Shown piece after piece: positions 22,116 through 30,030 of a stretch of 32,000 nucleotides of DNA. Numbering within the stretch: the first letter of the stretch is position 1; each line of letters starts with the position of its first letter. The notes under the pieces were generated by a model. It made no database searches, had not been told where the DNA came from, and saw nothing but the letters and a program-made list of their open reading frames with translations. Both the position numbers and the translations under genes were made by a program. The stretch is from Synechococcus elongatus PCC 6301 (GTDB lineage: Bacteria; Cyanobacteriota; Cyanobacteriia; Synechococcales; Synechococcaceae): the NCBI RefSeq assembly GCF_000010065.1, contig NC_006576.1, positions 510,001 through 542,000 of the forward strand, in the 5' to 3' direction.

Positions 22116-23024
22116 TCAACGATCCTGATTCCAAGCAAACCGCCAAGCGGCTTCCGCTTGAGCGATCGCCTGGCGTTGTTCTTCAGCCGTCACCAAGCGT
22201 CCCAATTGCTTGAGCTGGCGCTGGCAGTCGCGCAGTTGCCGCCGCGCTAACCGCAGCTCAGGCACAGCAAACTCCAAGTCTGCCAACCGCAGGTAGATGG
22301 CGGCTAGCTGAATTGTGGTGCTTTCCTCCTCCTCACTCTCGTCTGCAGGCGCCGTGGTGATGTTCAGCATCAAGATATTGGGCGGGCCAGACTGCTGCTC
22401 AGCTCCGTCATTTTTGATGGCGGCCTCCAGCATCTGGGGCGGAATGCCGCTGCGGATAATCCCCATTTTTTCGAGCAGACGGTTGGCCTGACGGGAAGTG
22501 TGGCGCAGTTGCCGCACAAGGGAGCGATTGAGCGATTGCTGCCAAGCGTAGATTGCTGCGGGGTGGGCCGGCGGAATCTGTTGGAGGTAGCTGAGGTCGA
22601 GCTCCAACGGTTTGCTTTCAGGTTCGGCGGGCGTTTCAGTTTCAGTCTCAGTCGGGGCTAGCTGGGTGGCCGTGGCTTCTGCCTCGGGTTCAGAACTGTT
22701 GCAGCTCGAGTCAGCCTCACTGGCCGTTTGAGCCAGTTGTTCAGCAATCTCGGCTTCGGCGATCGCTCGCTTCTTGGCTGCTTCTAGCAGCTGGTTGACC
22801 GTGAGGTTGGCAACCGTTGCTTCTCCAAGCTGACGGAGATTTTGCTGCAGCGATCGCTGTTTCGCTTCATCGAGCGCCACAAATTGCTCAGGGTAAAGCT
22901 GCGTGCAAAGCTGATAACCCGCTTGGATCAGCTGCTCTTGCACGGTGGCAGCCAAAGCTGCGAGGTAGTTGCCATAGACAGCGCTGAATTGTTGAGCCAG
23001 TTTTTCGGCTTGCTGACTGAGCAT
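22116..23024 (-). CDS. Conserved hypothetical protein, probably co-transcribed with recG
   Basis: 302-aa ORF (start ATG at 23024, MLSQQAEKLAQQF), Glu/Ala/Gln-rich with likely coiled coils, ends 9 bp upstream of recG. Confidence 0.7.
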   Translation of the reverse strand: MLSQQAEKLAQQFSAVYGNYLAALAATVQEQLIQAGYQLCTQLYPEQFVALDEAKQRSLQQNLRQLGEATVANLTVNQLLEAAKKRAIAEAEIAEQLAQTASEADSSCNSSEPEAEATATQLAPTETETETPAEPESKPLELDLSYLQQIPPAHPAAIYAWQQSLNRSLVRQLRHTSRQANRLLEKMGIIRSGIPPQMLEAAIKNDGAEQQSGPPNILMLNITTAPADESEEEESTTIQLAAIYLRLADLEFAVPELRLARRQLRDCQRQLKQLGRLVTAEEQRQAIAQAEAAWRFAWNQDR

Positions 23025-23165
23025 GGTTTTGGATTCCTCAAGGGAAACCACGGCATCACTCCTAAGGCGATCGGTGCAGCCTCAGCGGGCGAGACTGACT
23101 ATTCCTCCACAATAGCGACTGGCGGAGACCCGCGATTCGCTGGACTTTCTGTACGATCGCCTTGA

Positions 23166-23477
23166 TCAGTCCGGGAACCACTCACTGGCCCGAGCGCCCA
23201 ATTCAATCGGAATGCTAACCGCCTTCCCCAAGCGAGGTTTTTCGCGGGTTTCGCGAATGGTTTGGGCGATCGCCTCAGCAGCCCCTAGGGCGACGAGGTA
23301 GCTCGCGACCTCATTTAGGTGAGAAAAATACTCCCCTTCATCCATGGGAAAGGAGGCCTGCTCTAGGTACTTCCACATAATCTGCAGGAAGATTTTGCCC
23401 TGGGTACGTCGTAGCTGCAGGCCGTAGGAATAGCCCCAGCGATCGAGCAAGAGCTGATGCAGTCCTTTTCCGGTCAT
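23166..23477 (-). CDS. DUF3067-like conserved cyanobacterial/plastid protein
   Basis: MTGKGLHQLLLDRWGYSYGLQLRRTQGKIFLQIMWKYLEQASFPMDEGEYFSHLNEVASYL; start reset to ATG at 23477. Confidence 0.75.
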   Translation of the reverse strand: MTGKGLHQLLLDRWGYSYGLQLRRTQGKIFLQIMWKYLEQASFPMDEGEYFSHLNEVASYLVALGAAEAIAQTIRETREKPRLGKAVSIPIELGARASEWFPD

Positions 23478-23806
23478 TACGCAGGGTCCTTCGGCAAGCA
23501 AATCTTCAGCAGGTGAGCTAGGGAACAGTGCCACCATCGCTGGGCGATCGGCAGACTGTCGCTTTAATTGTCCCCTTCTCGGACTCTCCAGTACCTAGGA
23601 CAGCTGTGCGATCGGACAGTCTCTGGGCTGCTGACGATTCTGAGAAAGAAACGCGATCGGGCTGGGCTCAGCCGAAGAGTCTGGCTGGGACGCAGCAGAG
23701 CGGCTCACAAGTCAAGTTGTTGTTCGCGTGAAGTCAAAGACCGATCGCTTGCCAATCCACACAATGAATTCATGGCAATTCAATCTTCCCTTCGGTACAG
23801 ACAACG

Positions 23807-24223
23807 ATGATGCTAACCAATGATTTAATCACCTCTGAAAACGTTTCCAAGGATCTCCTCAAGGCAATCTATGATGCCGCATTTATGGAGACTGCTTGGG
23901 ATGATGACGGCGACCTGAAAATCAATGAGGACATCGGTTGTTCAGTCTTTATTTCAGACAATCAAGAAAAAATCACCTTCCTACGGGTGTTTAGATTTGA
24001 AGAAGGTGTGAGTCGCGCTGATCGGCTGGAGTTTGTCAATCGGATCAATGACAAATACAGCTTCGTCCGAGCCATGTTGACGACATACGACACCTTGGCG
24101 TTTGACCATGACCTGTTCATCAAGGGCGGTATCTCCAAGAAGAACTTGGTTTTAGCGACTCGATTTTTCTTGTCCATCCCCCTCGATGCAATTAATGACT
24201 GCGGCGAGGAGCTCGTGGCCTAG
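23807..24223 (+). CDS. YbjN-domain-like protein
   Basis: Length and pattern ITFLRVFRFEEGVSRADRLEFVNRINDKYSFVRAML...DHDLFIKGGISKKNLVLATRFFLSIPLDAI resemble YbjN-domain proteins. Confidence 0.65.
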   Translation: MMLTNDLITSENVSKDLLKAIYDAAFMETAWDDDGDLKINEDIGCSVFISDNQEKITFLRVFRFEEGVSRADRLEFVNRINDKYSFVRAMLTTYDTLAFDHDLFIKGGISKKNLVLATRFFLSIPLDAINDCGEELVA

Positions 24224-24246
24224 TCTGAATTGCGATTGATTATTAG

Positions 24247-24278
24247 TCCCCTGTGGTCCTTTGGCTGCAGGGGATTTT
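24247..24278 (+). terminator. Rho-independent terminator after the YbjN-like gene
   Basis: TCCCCTG-N14-CAGGGGA followed by TTTT. Confidence 0.65.
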
Positions 24279-24370
24279 GGTCGAGGCAGTCTTTTCCTTG
24301 TTCGCGCCAGAAACATGAACTTCTGGGTTGAAGCGTTGATTATCGGGGGTATCGAACTTACTCACGCTCC

Positions 24371-25159
24371 ATGAAACCGCGCAAATCGCTCGATTCCCTT
24401 CACGGTCAGGTGCATCGCTTCATCGGCGTTGTCGATCGCTTTGGACGCTTTGAGCACTCCACCAAAGGCTCACAAGAAACGATTTGCATTCGAGACCTGC
24501 ACTTGGCAGATACCGACACGCCAATCACGCCTGATCACTGGTGGTTTAAGCTGCGTGACATTTGGCTGGATGCAGGCGTCCGGGTCGGCGATCGCGTCTT
24601 GTTCACCGTGAAGGTGCAGCGGGGCTCGAAGGGCGTGGATGGCCCGGACGTGAAGGAGAGCGACAACCCCCGTCGTCAGGTAATGGGCTGCGGCAGCAAA
24701 CCCCGTAGCGTGGCAGTTCTACAGCGGGCCAATCATCCCAAGGTCGAACTGGAAGCGCTGCAACGAGAACAAGCACGAGAGCGGGTGCAACTGGCTCAGG
24801 CCCAGCAGGAATGTCAGCGTCTGCAGCAAGTGCAGGAGCAGCTGGTCGAGCAGAACGAAACTTTAGCTCAGAAACTCGCGATCGCGCGGACAGAACTCGA
24901 GCAAGAACAGCAAGCCTTGCAGCAGCTTGAGCGAGCCTACACCCAACTGCGGTTTGCCCTGCGCCGCAGCCAGCATTGGAGTCGCCCCGTTTTGACGGCG
25001 GGCACTGCGTTGGCAATTGGCTTCGGAACAGGCTTCGGCGTGGTTCAAGTCTCACCCTTCGCGCCCTGTGCTCGCGGGAGTGCCCTGCCCTTGAAAATCT
25101 CTTGGGTCGATCAGCCGAGCGCCATCCCTCTGAAACTCAATCACCATGCCCATTTCTAG
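24371..25159 (+). CDS. Hypothetical protein: N-terminal OB-fold-like domain, central coiled coil, hydrophobic segment near C-terminus
   Basis: HGQVHRFIGVVDRFGRF...TICIRDLHL...ITPDHWWFKL...VRVGDRVLFTVKVQRGSKG, then a Gln/Glu-rich coiled coil (QECQRLQQVQEQLVEQNETLAQKLA...), then a Gly-rich hydrophobic segment. Confidence 0.65.
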   Translation: MKPRKSLDSLHGQVHRFIGVVDRFGRFEHSTKGSQETICIRDLHLADTDTPITPDHWWFKLRDIWLDAGVRVGDRVLFTVKVQRGSKGVDGPDVKESDNPRRQVMGCGSKPRSVAVLQRANHPKVELEALQREQARERVQLAQAQQECQRLQQVQEQLVEQNETLAQKLAIARTELEQEQQALQQLERAYTQLRFALRRSQHWSRPVLTAGTALAIGFGTGFGVVQVSPFAPCARGSALPLKISWVDQPSAIPLKLNHHAHF

Positions 25160-25241
25160 TGGATTTTGATGTTCGCACTGAAAACCAGCGGCAGACAGCT
25201 GCTTTGAAGACACTGTTGTTATCGCCTCAGGAAAAGCCAAG

Positions 25242-25547
25242 ATGAACTTGATTCCCCTCCCTACGATCGCTCTGGTTGCCAGCCAAGACATCCCTTTTCA
25301 AATTAGTTTCGTTGTCGTGGTCTTCTTAGTACTCAACTCCTTCGTCTGGAATCCGGCGATCGCCCAGCCCAAGTCGGAGCCGAGAACTGCCGCGATCGCC
25401 GATCCAGAAGAGGACTATCTACCGAAGGAATATCAGAAGGTCGGCCCTTCGCCCGCCGAGATGGAAGCGGTATGCCGCAGGGAAGTTTCGGAGCTGTCGT
25501 TAAATGAGTGGCAAGCGCTGCTCTCTGCCTCGAAGCGGCAGGCTTAG
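25242..25547 (+). CDS. Small hypothetical membrane/secreted protein (101 aa)
   Basis: Hydrophobic N-terminal segment (FQISFVVVVFLVLNSFVWNPAIAQ) followed by a polar C-terminal region. Confidence 0.4.
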   Translation: MNLIPLPTIALVASQDIPFQISFVVVVFLVLNSFVWNPAIAQPKSEPRTAAIADPEEDYLPKEYQKVGPSPAEMEAVCRREVSELSLNEWQALLSASKRQA

Positions 25548-25636
25548 GCAAACGATCCCATCGACGAGTTGTCTGGGGCGTCTGCTGGGGCTGGCCTTAG
25601 CAGTCTTGTTACAGCAGTCTGCGGGATGGTCGCCAA

Positions 25637-26353
25637 CTAGCGCAGAGCCTCTAACTGAGCCGCTTGAATCTGGGCAATTCCCTGCTCAGCTAGATCCAAA
25701 ATGTGATTGAGCTGCGTGCGGCTGAAAGGGTTGGCCTCCGCTGTACCTTGAATTTCGATCAGCTCGCCGCGATCGCCCATCACCACATTGCAATCCACGT
25801 CGGCTTGGACATCCTCGGGATAGTCCGGATCCAGAAACGCTTCGCCACCAATCAAGGCCACGGAAACGGCTGCAATCGATCGCTGAATCGGGGACTCCGT
25901 CAGCTCTCCTTGAGCGATCAACTGGGCGATCGCATCCTGAAGTGCGACCCAGCTGCCATTGATCGCGGTAGTGCGCGTTCCGGCATCCGCTTGCAGAACA
26001 TCGGCGTCAATCAGAAGGGTACGCTCACCCAACTTTTTCAGGTCGATCGCCGCCCGTAAACTCCGGCCAATCAAGCGCTGAATCTCCTGCGTGCGTCCCG
26101 ACAGTTTCAGCCATTCCCGCGACTGGCGATCGGGGGTCGCCCCGGGCAACATGCGATATTCTGCCGTCAGCCAACCCTGCCCTTGGCCCGTCAGCCAGCG
26201 CGGCACACCCGCCTGAATCGTCACAGTACAGAGCACCTGCGTCTGCCCAAACTGAGCCAGAACTGAGCCGGCTGGAAATTGGGTGAAGCGCCGCTGAAAG
26301 GCGATCGCTCGCAACTGATCGGGGCGGCGACCATCGGGACGAATCCAAGCCAT
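25637..26353 (-). CDS. rph: Ribonuclease PH
   Basis: [89 protein letters not shown]. Confidence 0.97.
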
Positions 26354-26469
26354 GCGGGCCAGCTCTTTGAAGGTTTCCTTTAGCCTATCAAGCTAGTAAG
26401 CACTACAAATAGTGCCAGGTTTTTCTGAAATAGAATTTCAGCGCTATATTTAGAATCCAGTTCCCCGGT

Positions 26470-27033
26470 ATGGAGCGCCTCATGGTCTCTCAGCTCAAAC
26501 CGTCTTTGCTGTCTGTGGTGTCTCCCGCCAAGCCCAGCCAGCCCCTGCCGACGGTCGAGGGACTGGTGCAGATTTTTACCGCCAGCCAGCGTGGCTTCTT
26601 CACGAGCGTGATGTCCCAGGCACTCCGCCTGGCCGGACAAGGCACCACCGTTCTGGTCATCCAGTTCTTGAAAGGGGGCTGCCAGCAGGGCCCTGATCAG
26701 CCCATTCGTCTGGGCCAAAATCTGGAGTGGGTGCGATTGGGCGTGCCGAACTGCCTCGATACACCTCAGGTAGATGAGAGTTCCGCGATCGCCCTCAAGG
26801 AACTCTGGAGATTTGCGATCGCTGCGATCGATAGCGGTCGCTATGAACTCGTGGTTCTTGACGAATTGACCTTAGCTGTTGACTTTGGCCTGATCGCCGA
26901 GGCGGAGGTTGTAGAGCTGCTGCGCCATCGGCCTCAGCACGTCGATGTGATTTTGACAGGGCCGCGGGTGTCAGAATCGCTGCTGGCGATCGCCGATCAA
27001 ATTACGGAACTACGCCGAGGCAGTCGCTATTGA
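26470..27033 (+). CDS. BtuR/CobO/CobA-like (cob(I)alamin adenosyltransferase family) protein, P-loop degenerate
   Basis: GLVQIFTASQRGFFTSVMSQALRLAGQGTTVLVIQFLKGG...VVLDELTLAVDFGLI...VVELLRHRPQHVDVILTGP..., co-linear with the family but without GNGKGKTT. Confidence 0.75.
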   Translation: MERLMVSQLKPSLLSVVSPAKPSQPLPTVEGLVQIFTASQRGFFTSVMSQALRLAGQGTTVLVIQFLKGGCQQGPDQPIRLGQNLEWVRLGVPNCLDTPQVDESSAIALKELWRFAIAAIDSGRYELVVLDELTLAVDFGLIAEAEVVELLRHRPQHVDVILTGPRVSESLLAIADQITELRRGSRY

Positions 27034-27156
27034 GTGGCGGATCGATGGGCGACCCGAGGATACCCTGCTTCTGGGCAAAGCCTGCCCATAATGGGTCTAA
27101 GCGATCCTGCTCTGAGGGGCGATCGCTGCTGTTGCGAGCAAGCAGGAGCCGCCAAA

Positions 27157-27657
27157 GTGATTGAAATGAAAGTGGCCGGCATTGCCCTCGAGGCTGCCAC
27201 CCGCAGCCCCATCGTGCTGCTGCGCGATTCTAGCGATCGCCGCGCGCTACCTATCTGGATTAGTCAGGACCAGGCCAAAGCGATCCTAGCGGTGCTAGAG
27301 AATCAAACACCGCCGCGACCGCTCACCCACGATTTGATGGCAGAACTCCTGCTGCAATGGGATTTGACGCTGGAGAGTGTGGTCATTCACTCGCTCCAGA
27401 ACAATACTTTTTATGCCAGCTTGCGGGTACGCCAAGGCGAGGCAGTCAAGGAACTCGATGCGCGACCGAGTGATGCGATCGCCCTTGCGTTGCGGACTCA
27501 AGCCACAATTTGGGCGATGGAAGAGGTGATTGCTGAGGCTTCGATTCCAGTGGATCAGGAAGCGGATGAAGCCGAGCAAGAAGCCTTCCGGGACTTCCTT
27601 TCGGAGATCAATCCCGCCGATTTGATTCAGCACCATCGCACACAGCGGGGCAACTGA
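27157..27657 (+). CDS. Bifunctional nuclease family protein (DUF151)
   Basis: MKVAGIALEAATRSPIVLLRDSSDRRALPIWISQDQAKAI...; start is probably GTG 27157 or ATG 27166 rather than the track start 27034. Confidence 0.85.
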   Translation: MIEMKVAGIALEAATRSPIVLLRDSSDRRALPIWISQDQAKAILAVLENQTPPRPLTHDLMAELLLQWDLTLESVVIHSLQNNTFYASLRVRQGEAVKELDARPSDAIALALRTQATIWAMEEVIAEASIPVDQEADEAEQEAFRDFLSEINPADLIQHHRTQRGN

Positions 27658-27759
27658 GACGGGCAGCTGACTCTCCCTAGCTGCCGCGATCGTCTGCGGG
27701 TCCTCCATCCTGCCGTAGCAGCTTGCAAGCTAGTGAGGACGATCTAGTTCTAATGGATT

Positions 27760-27812
27760 GGTGTAGGTGCAACAGCCTCTGTCCGTGGAGGGTGCGCAAT
27801 CACCCCTACACC
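27760..27812. other. Putative structured RNA/DNA element upstream of the aldo/keto reductase gene
   Basis: Outer 8-bp perfect stem GGTGTAGG (27760-27767)/CCTACACC (27805-27812) enclosing CCTC/GAGG (27776-27779/27788-27791). Confidence 0.4.
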
Positions 27813-27850
27813 CATGCAACAAGATTTCGGATGAGACTGATCGGCTCGAT

Positions 27851-27920
27851 CACGATGGCTACGGGTAAAACTCGCCGGTGTTGACCACAGGTTTGAGGCT
27901 AATGAGCTCAGACAGAAACG
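27851..27920 (+). repeat. Imperfect dispersed repeat, copy 1
   Basis: Ungapped alignment to 29861-29930; 51/70 identical by hand count, core TAAAACTNGCCGGTGTT. Confidence 0.6.
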
Positions 27921-27952
27921 TCCTAACTCTCTACTCAATGCAATAACCTGCC

Positions 27953-29074
27953 ATGCACTATCGCCAATATGGTCGGACGGGGCGATTGATCTCGCGCTTT
28001 TCCCTCGGCTTGATGCGCTGTTTGGACTCTGCCGCGCAATTGGAGGCTGTGCTTGATGCTGCGTGGCGGCTTGGCATCAACCACTTTGAGACGGCGCAGT
28101 CCTACGGCCCCAGCGAAGCCTATCTGGCGCAAGCCCTGCATTCTCTGCAATTGCCCCGTGATCAAGTCATCATCACGACTAAAATCCTGCCCGATCGCGA
28201 CCCCCAGCAGATGGTAGAAGCCGTGTTGCGATCGCGTGATCGCTTAGGGATTGACTCGATCGATTGTCTTGCCCTGCATGGTCTCAACCAGCCCGAGCAT
28301 TTGCAGCAGGCGATCGCTGCATTACCGGCGCTCCAAACCCTGCAAGCGGAAGGCGTCTTTCAGCATTTGGGCTTTTCCAGTCACGGCGATCGCGAATTGA
28401 TTCTGGAGGCGATCGCTACCGATGCGTTTGACTTTGTCAGCCTCCATTACTACCTGCTGTTTCAACGTCACGCGCCGGTCATTGAAGCAGCTGCAGCCAA
28501 AAATCTAGGAATTTTCATCATTTCGCCCGTCGATAAGGGTGGACTCCTGCACCAACCTTCTGCCCAACTGATCGAGGACTGTCAGCCCTTCAGTCCTCTG
28601 GCACTCAACTATCGATTTCTGCTCAGCGATCGCCGGATTACAACCCTCAGTTTTGGTGCTGCAAAGGCCGAGGAATTAGCGGTTCTTCAGGACTTCGTTG
28701 ATGCGGATCAGCCGCTGAGTCTGGAGGAAGCTGAGGCGATCGCGCGACTGGAACAAGTTCGCCAGCAGCGGCTGGGCAGGGACTACTGTCAGCAGTGTTA
28801 TGCCTGTTTGCCCTGTCCCGAGGCGATCAACATTCCTGAGGTACTGCGGCTGCGGAATCTGGCAATCGCCCACGACATGCAAGCCTACGGACGATATCGA
28901 TATCGCATGTTTGAAAATGCCGGACATTGGTTCCCGGGGCAGCGAGGCAGCCGCTGCACGGATTGTGGCGATTGCCTACCCCGTTGCCCCCATCACTTGC
29001 CGATCGCGGATTTGGTGCGCGATGCTGATCAGCGATTAGCAGGCGCTCCTCGGCGGCGTTTGTGGGGAGATTAG
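27953..29074 (+). CDS. Aldo/keto reductase with C-terminal 4Fe-4S ferredoxin-type domain
   Basis: YGRTGRLISRFSLGLMR...INHFETAQSYG; C-terminal CQQCYACLPCP and CTDCGDCLPRCPHHLP cysteine clusters. Confidence 0.88.
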   Translation: MHYRQYGRTGRLISRFSLGLMRCLDSAAQLEAVLDAAWRLGINHFETAQSYGPSEAYLAQALHSLQLPRDQVIITTKILPDRDPQQMVEAVLRSRDRLGIDSIDCLALHGLNQPEHLQQAIAALPALQTLQAEGVFQHLGFSSHGDRELILEAIATDAFDFVSLHYYLLFQRHAPVIEAAAAKNLGIFIISPVDKGGLLHQPSAQLIEDCQPFSPLALNYRFLLSDRRITTLSFGAAKAEELAVLQDFVDADQPLSLEEAEAIARLEQVRQQRLGRDYCQQCYACLPCPEAINIPEVLRLRNLAIAHDMQAYGRYRYRMFENAGHWFPGQRGSRCTDCGDCLPRCPHHLPIADLVRDADQRLAGAPRRRLWGD

Positions 29075-29076
29075 TG

Positions 29077-29805
29077 ATGCTCGCCAGCTTACTCAGCTTG
29101 ACACTCCTCGGACTGACGTCCGGGGATTCGCGCTTCATCGGGAGTCCAGTGCCTTTACCCTCCACGCGCTTCTTCGCCGAGTGCCCCTCAGATGCGGGGG
29201 CCTTTAGCGGTGATACACCCGAGGGCTCTGCCGTAGTACCCAAGGGATTGGAGATGAGCGTATCAACTAAAGTCGTCCTAAAGGACAGGGCTTGTATCCC
29301 AGTTTCTTCGGTCAGTCTACTCGCCTCGGTCCCTGCTGGAATCGACCCATGGGCTACGCCGCCACGTCCCGATCCAACACCACTCGACTTTGAGCTGCTC
29401 GATCGGGAGGAACAGCCTATTTGCAAGGCCTCAGAAGCTTCACTGCCACCAGGCATTACGATCACCGACCGCACGATCTGTCCGCTAGGGATCATGCAGC
29501 CTGACCTCTGGCTGACCCGAGACCTCTATGCCCGCGACCTTGACCCGCAGTGGTTGGTGCAGCTTCGGCAACCGGGGCAACCGGGACGGGTGGACTTGGT
29601 AGTGCGGACCGCTGAGTGGAGCAATCGCAGCTATTTTGGCCGCTATCGCTTCTTGATGATTTTTGGGCGAGTCAGCAGTTCAGCAGGCTATAACCTGCGC
29701 ATCTTTAATCGTGCTGGCCAGCGCCTCGGCACCTACACCTGCTGGTATCAACCGGAGCCTGTCGGCTGCGTCGTCAATCTAGCAACGCCGGGTACTCGCG
29801 GCTAG
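29077..29805 (+). CDS. Hypothetical secreted protein
   Basis: Open frame with N-terminal hydrophobic segment (MLASLLSLTLLGLTSG); start 29077 or GTG 29074, immediately after the AKR stop (TAGTGATG). Confidence 0.5.
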   Translation: MLASLLSLTLLGLTSGDSRFIGSPVPLPSTRFFAECPSDAGAFSGDTPEGSAVVPKGLEMSVSTKVVLKDRACIPVSSVSLLASVPAGIDPWATPPRPDPTPLDFELLDREEQPICKASEASLPPGITITDRTICPLGIMQPDLWLTRDLYARDLDPQWLVQLRQPGQPGRVDLVVRTAEWSNRSYFGRYRFLMIFGRVSSSAGYNLRIFNRAGQRLGTYTCWYQPEPVGCVVNLATPGTRG

Positions 29806-29860
29806 ATGGAGGAGAGAGTCGGTCGACGATCACAGTTTGTTTGGTGGGTTGGGGTGGAGC

Positions 29861-29930
29861 CTCGATCGCGGCGGCTAAAACTAGCCGGTGTTAGCCTCTG
29901 GTGAGAGGCGGATAAGGTCTGACTAAAACG
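29861..29930 (+). repeat. Imperfect dispersed repeat, copy 2
   Basis: Aligns without gaps to 27851-27920. This copy also folds locally: GGCTA-AAAC-TAGCC and GCCTC-TGGTGA-GAGGC. Confidence 0.6.
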
Positions 29931-29975
29931 GATAAATCTTTTGACTAATTCATTCAAAAGTGTGTTCGAAGCCAA

Positions 29976-30009
29976 TAAAAACGGATCTGAGTAAGTCACC
30001 CAGATCCGG
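29976..30009 (-). terminator. Rho-independent terminator of the PDH E2 gene
   Basis: Minus strand CGGATCTG-N11-CAGATCCG followed by TTTTTATT. Confidence 0.85.
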
Positions 30010-30030
30010 CCAACGCAGTGCGTCGAGTAA

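Noticed and set aside
26380-26718. 112-aa minus-strand ORF upstream of rph
   Set aside because: Antisense to the BtuR-like coding region and covers the divergent promoter; no recognisable motif.
28827-29495. 222-aa minus-strand ORF spanning the AKR C-terminus and the next gene
   Set aside because: Antisense to the 4Fe-4S cysteine motifs; no domain resemblance and it straddles two plus-strand genes.
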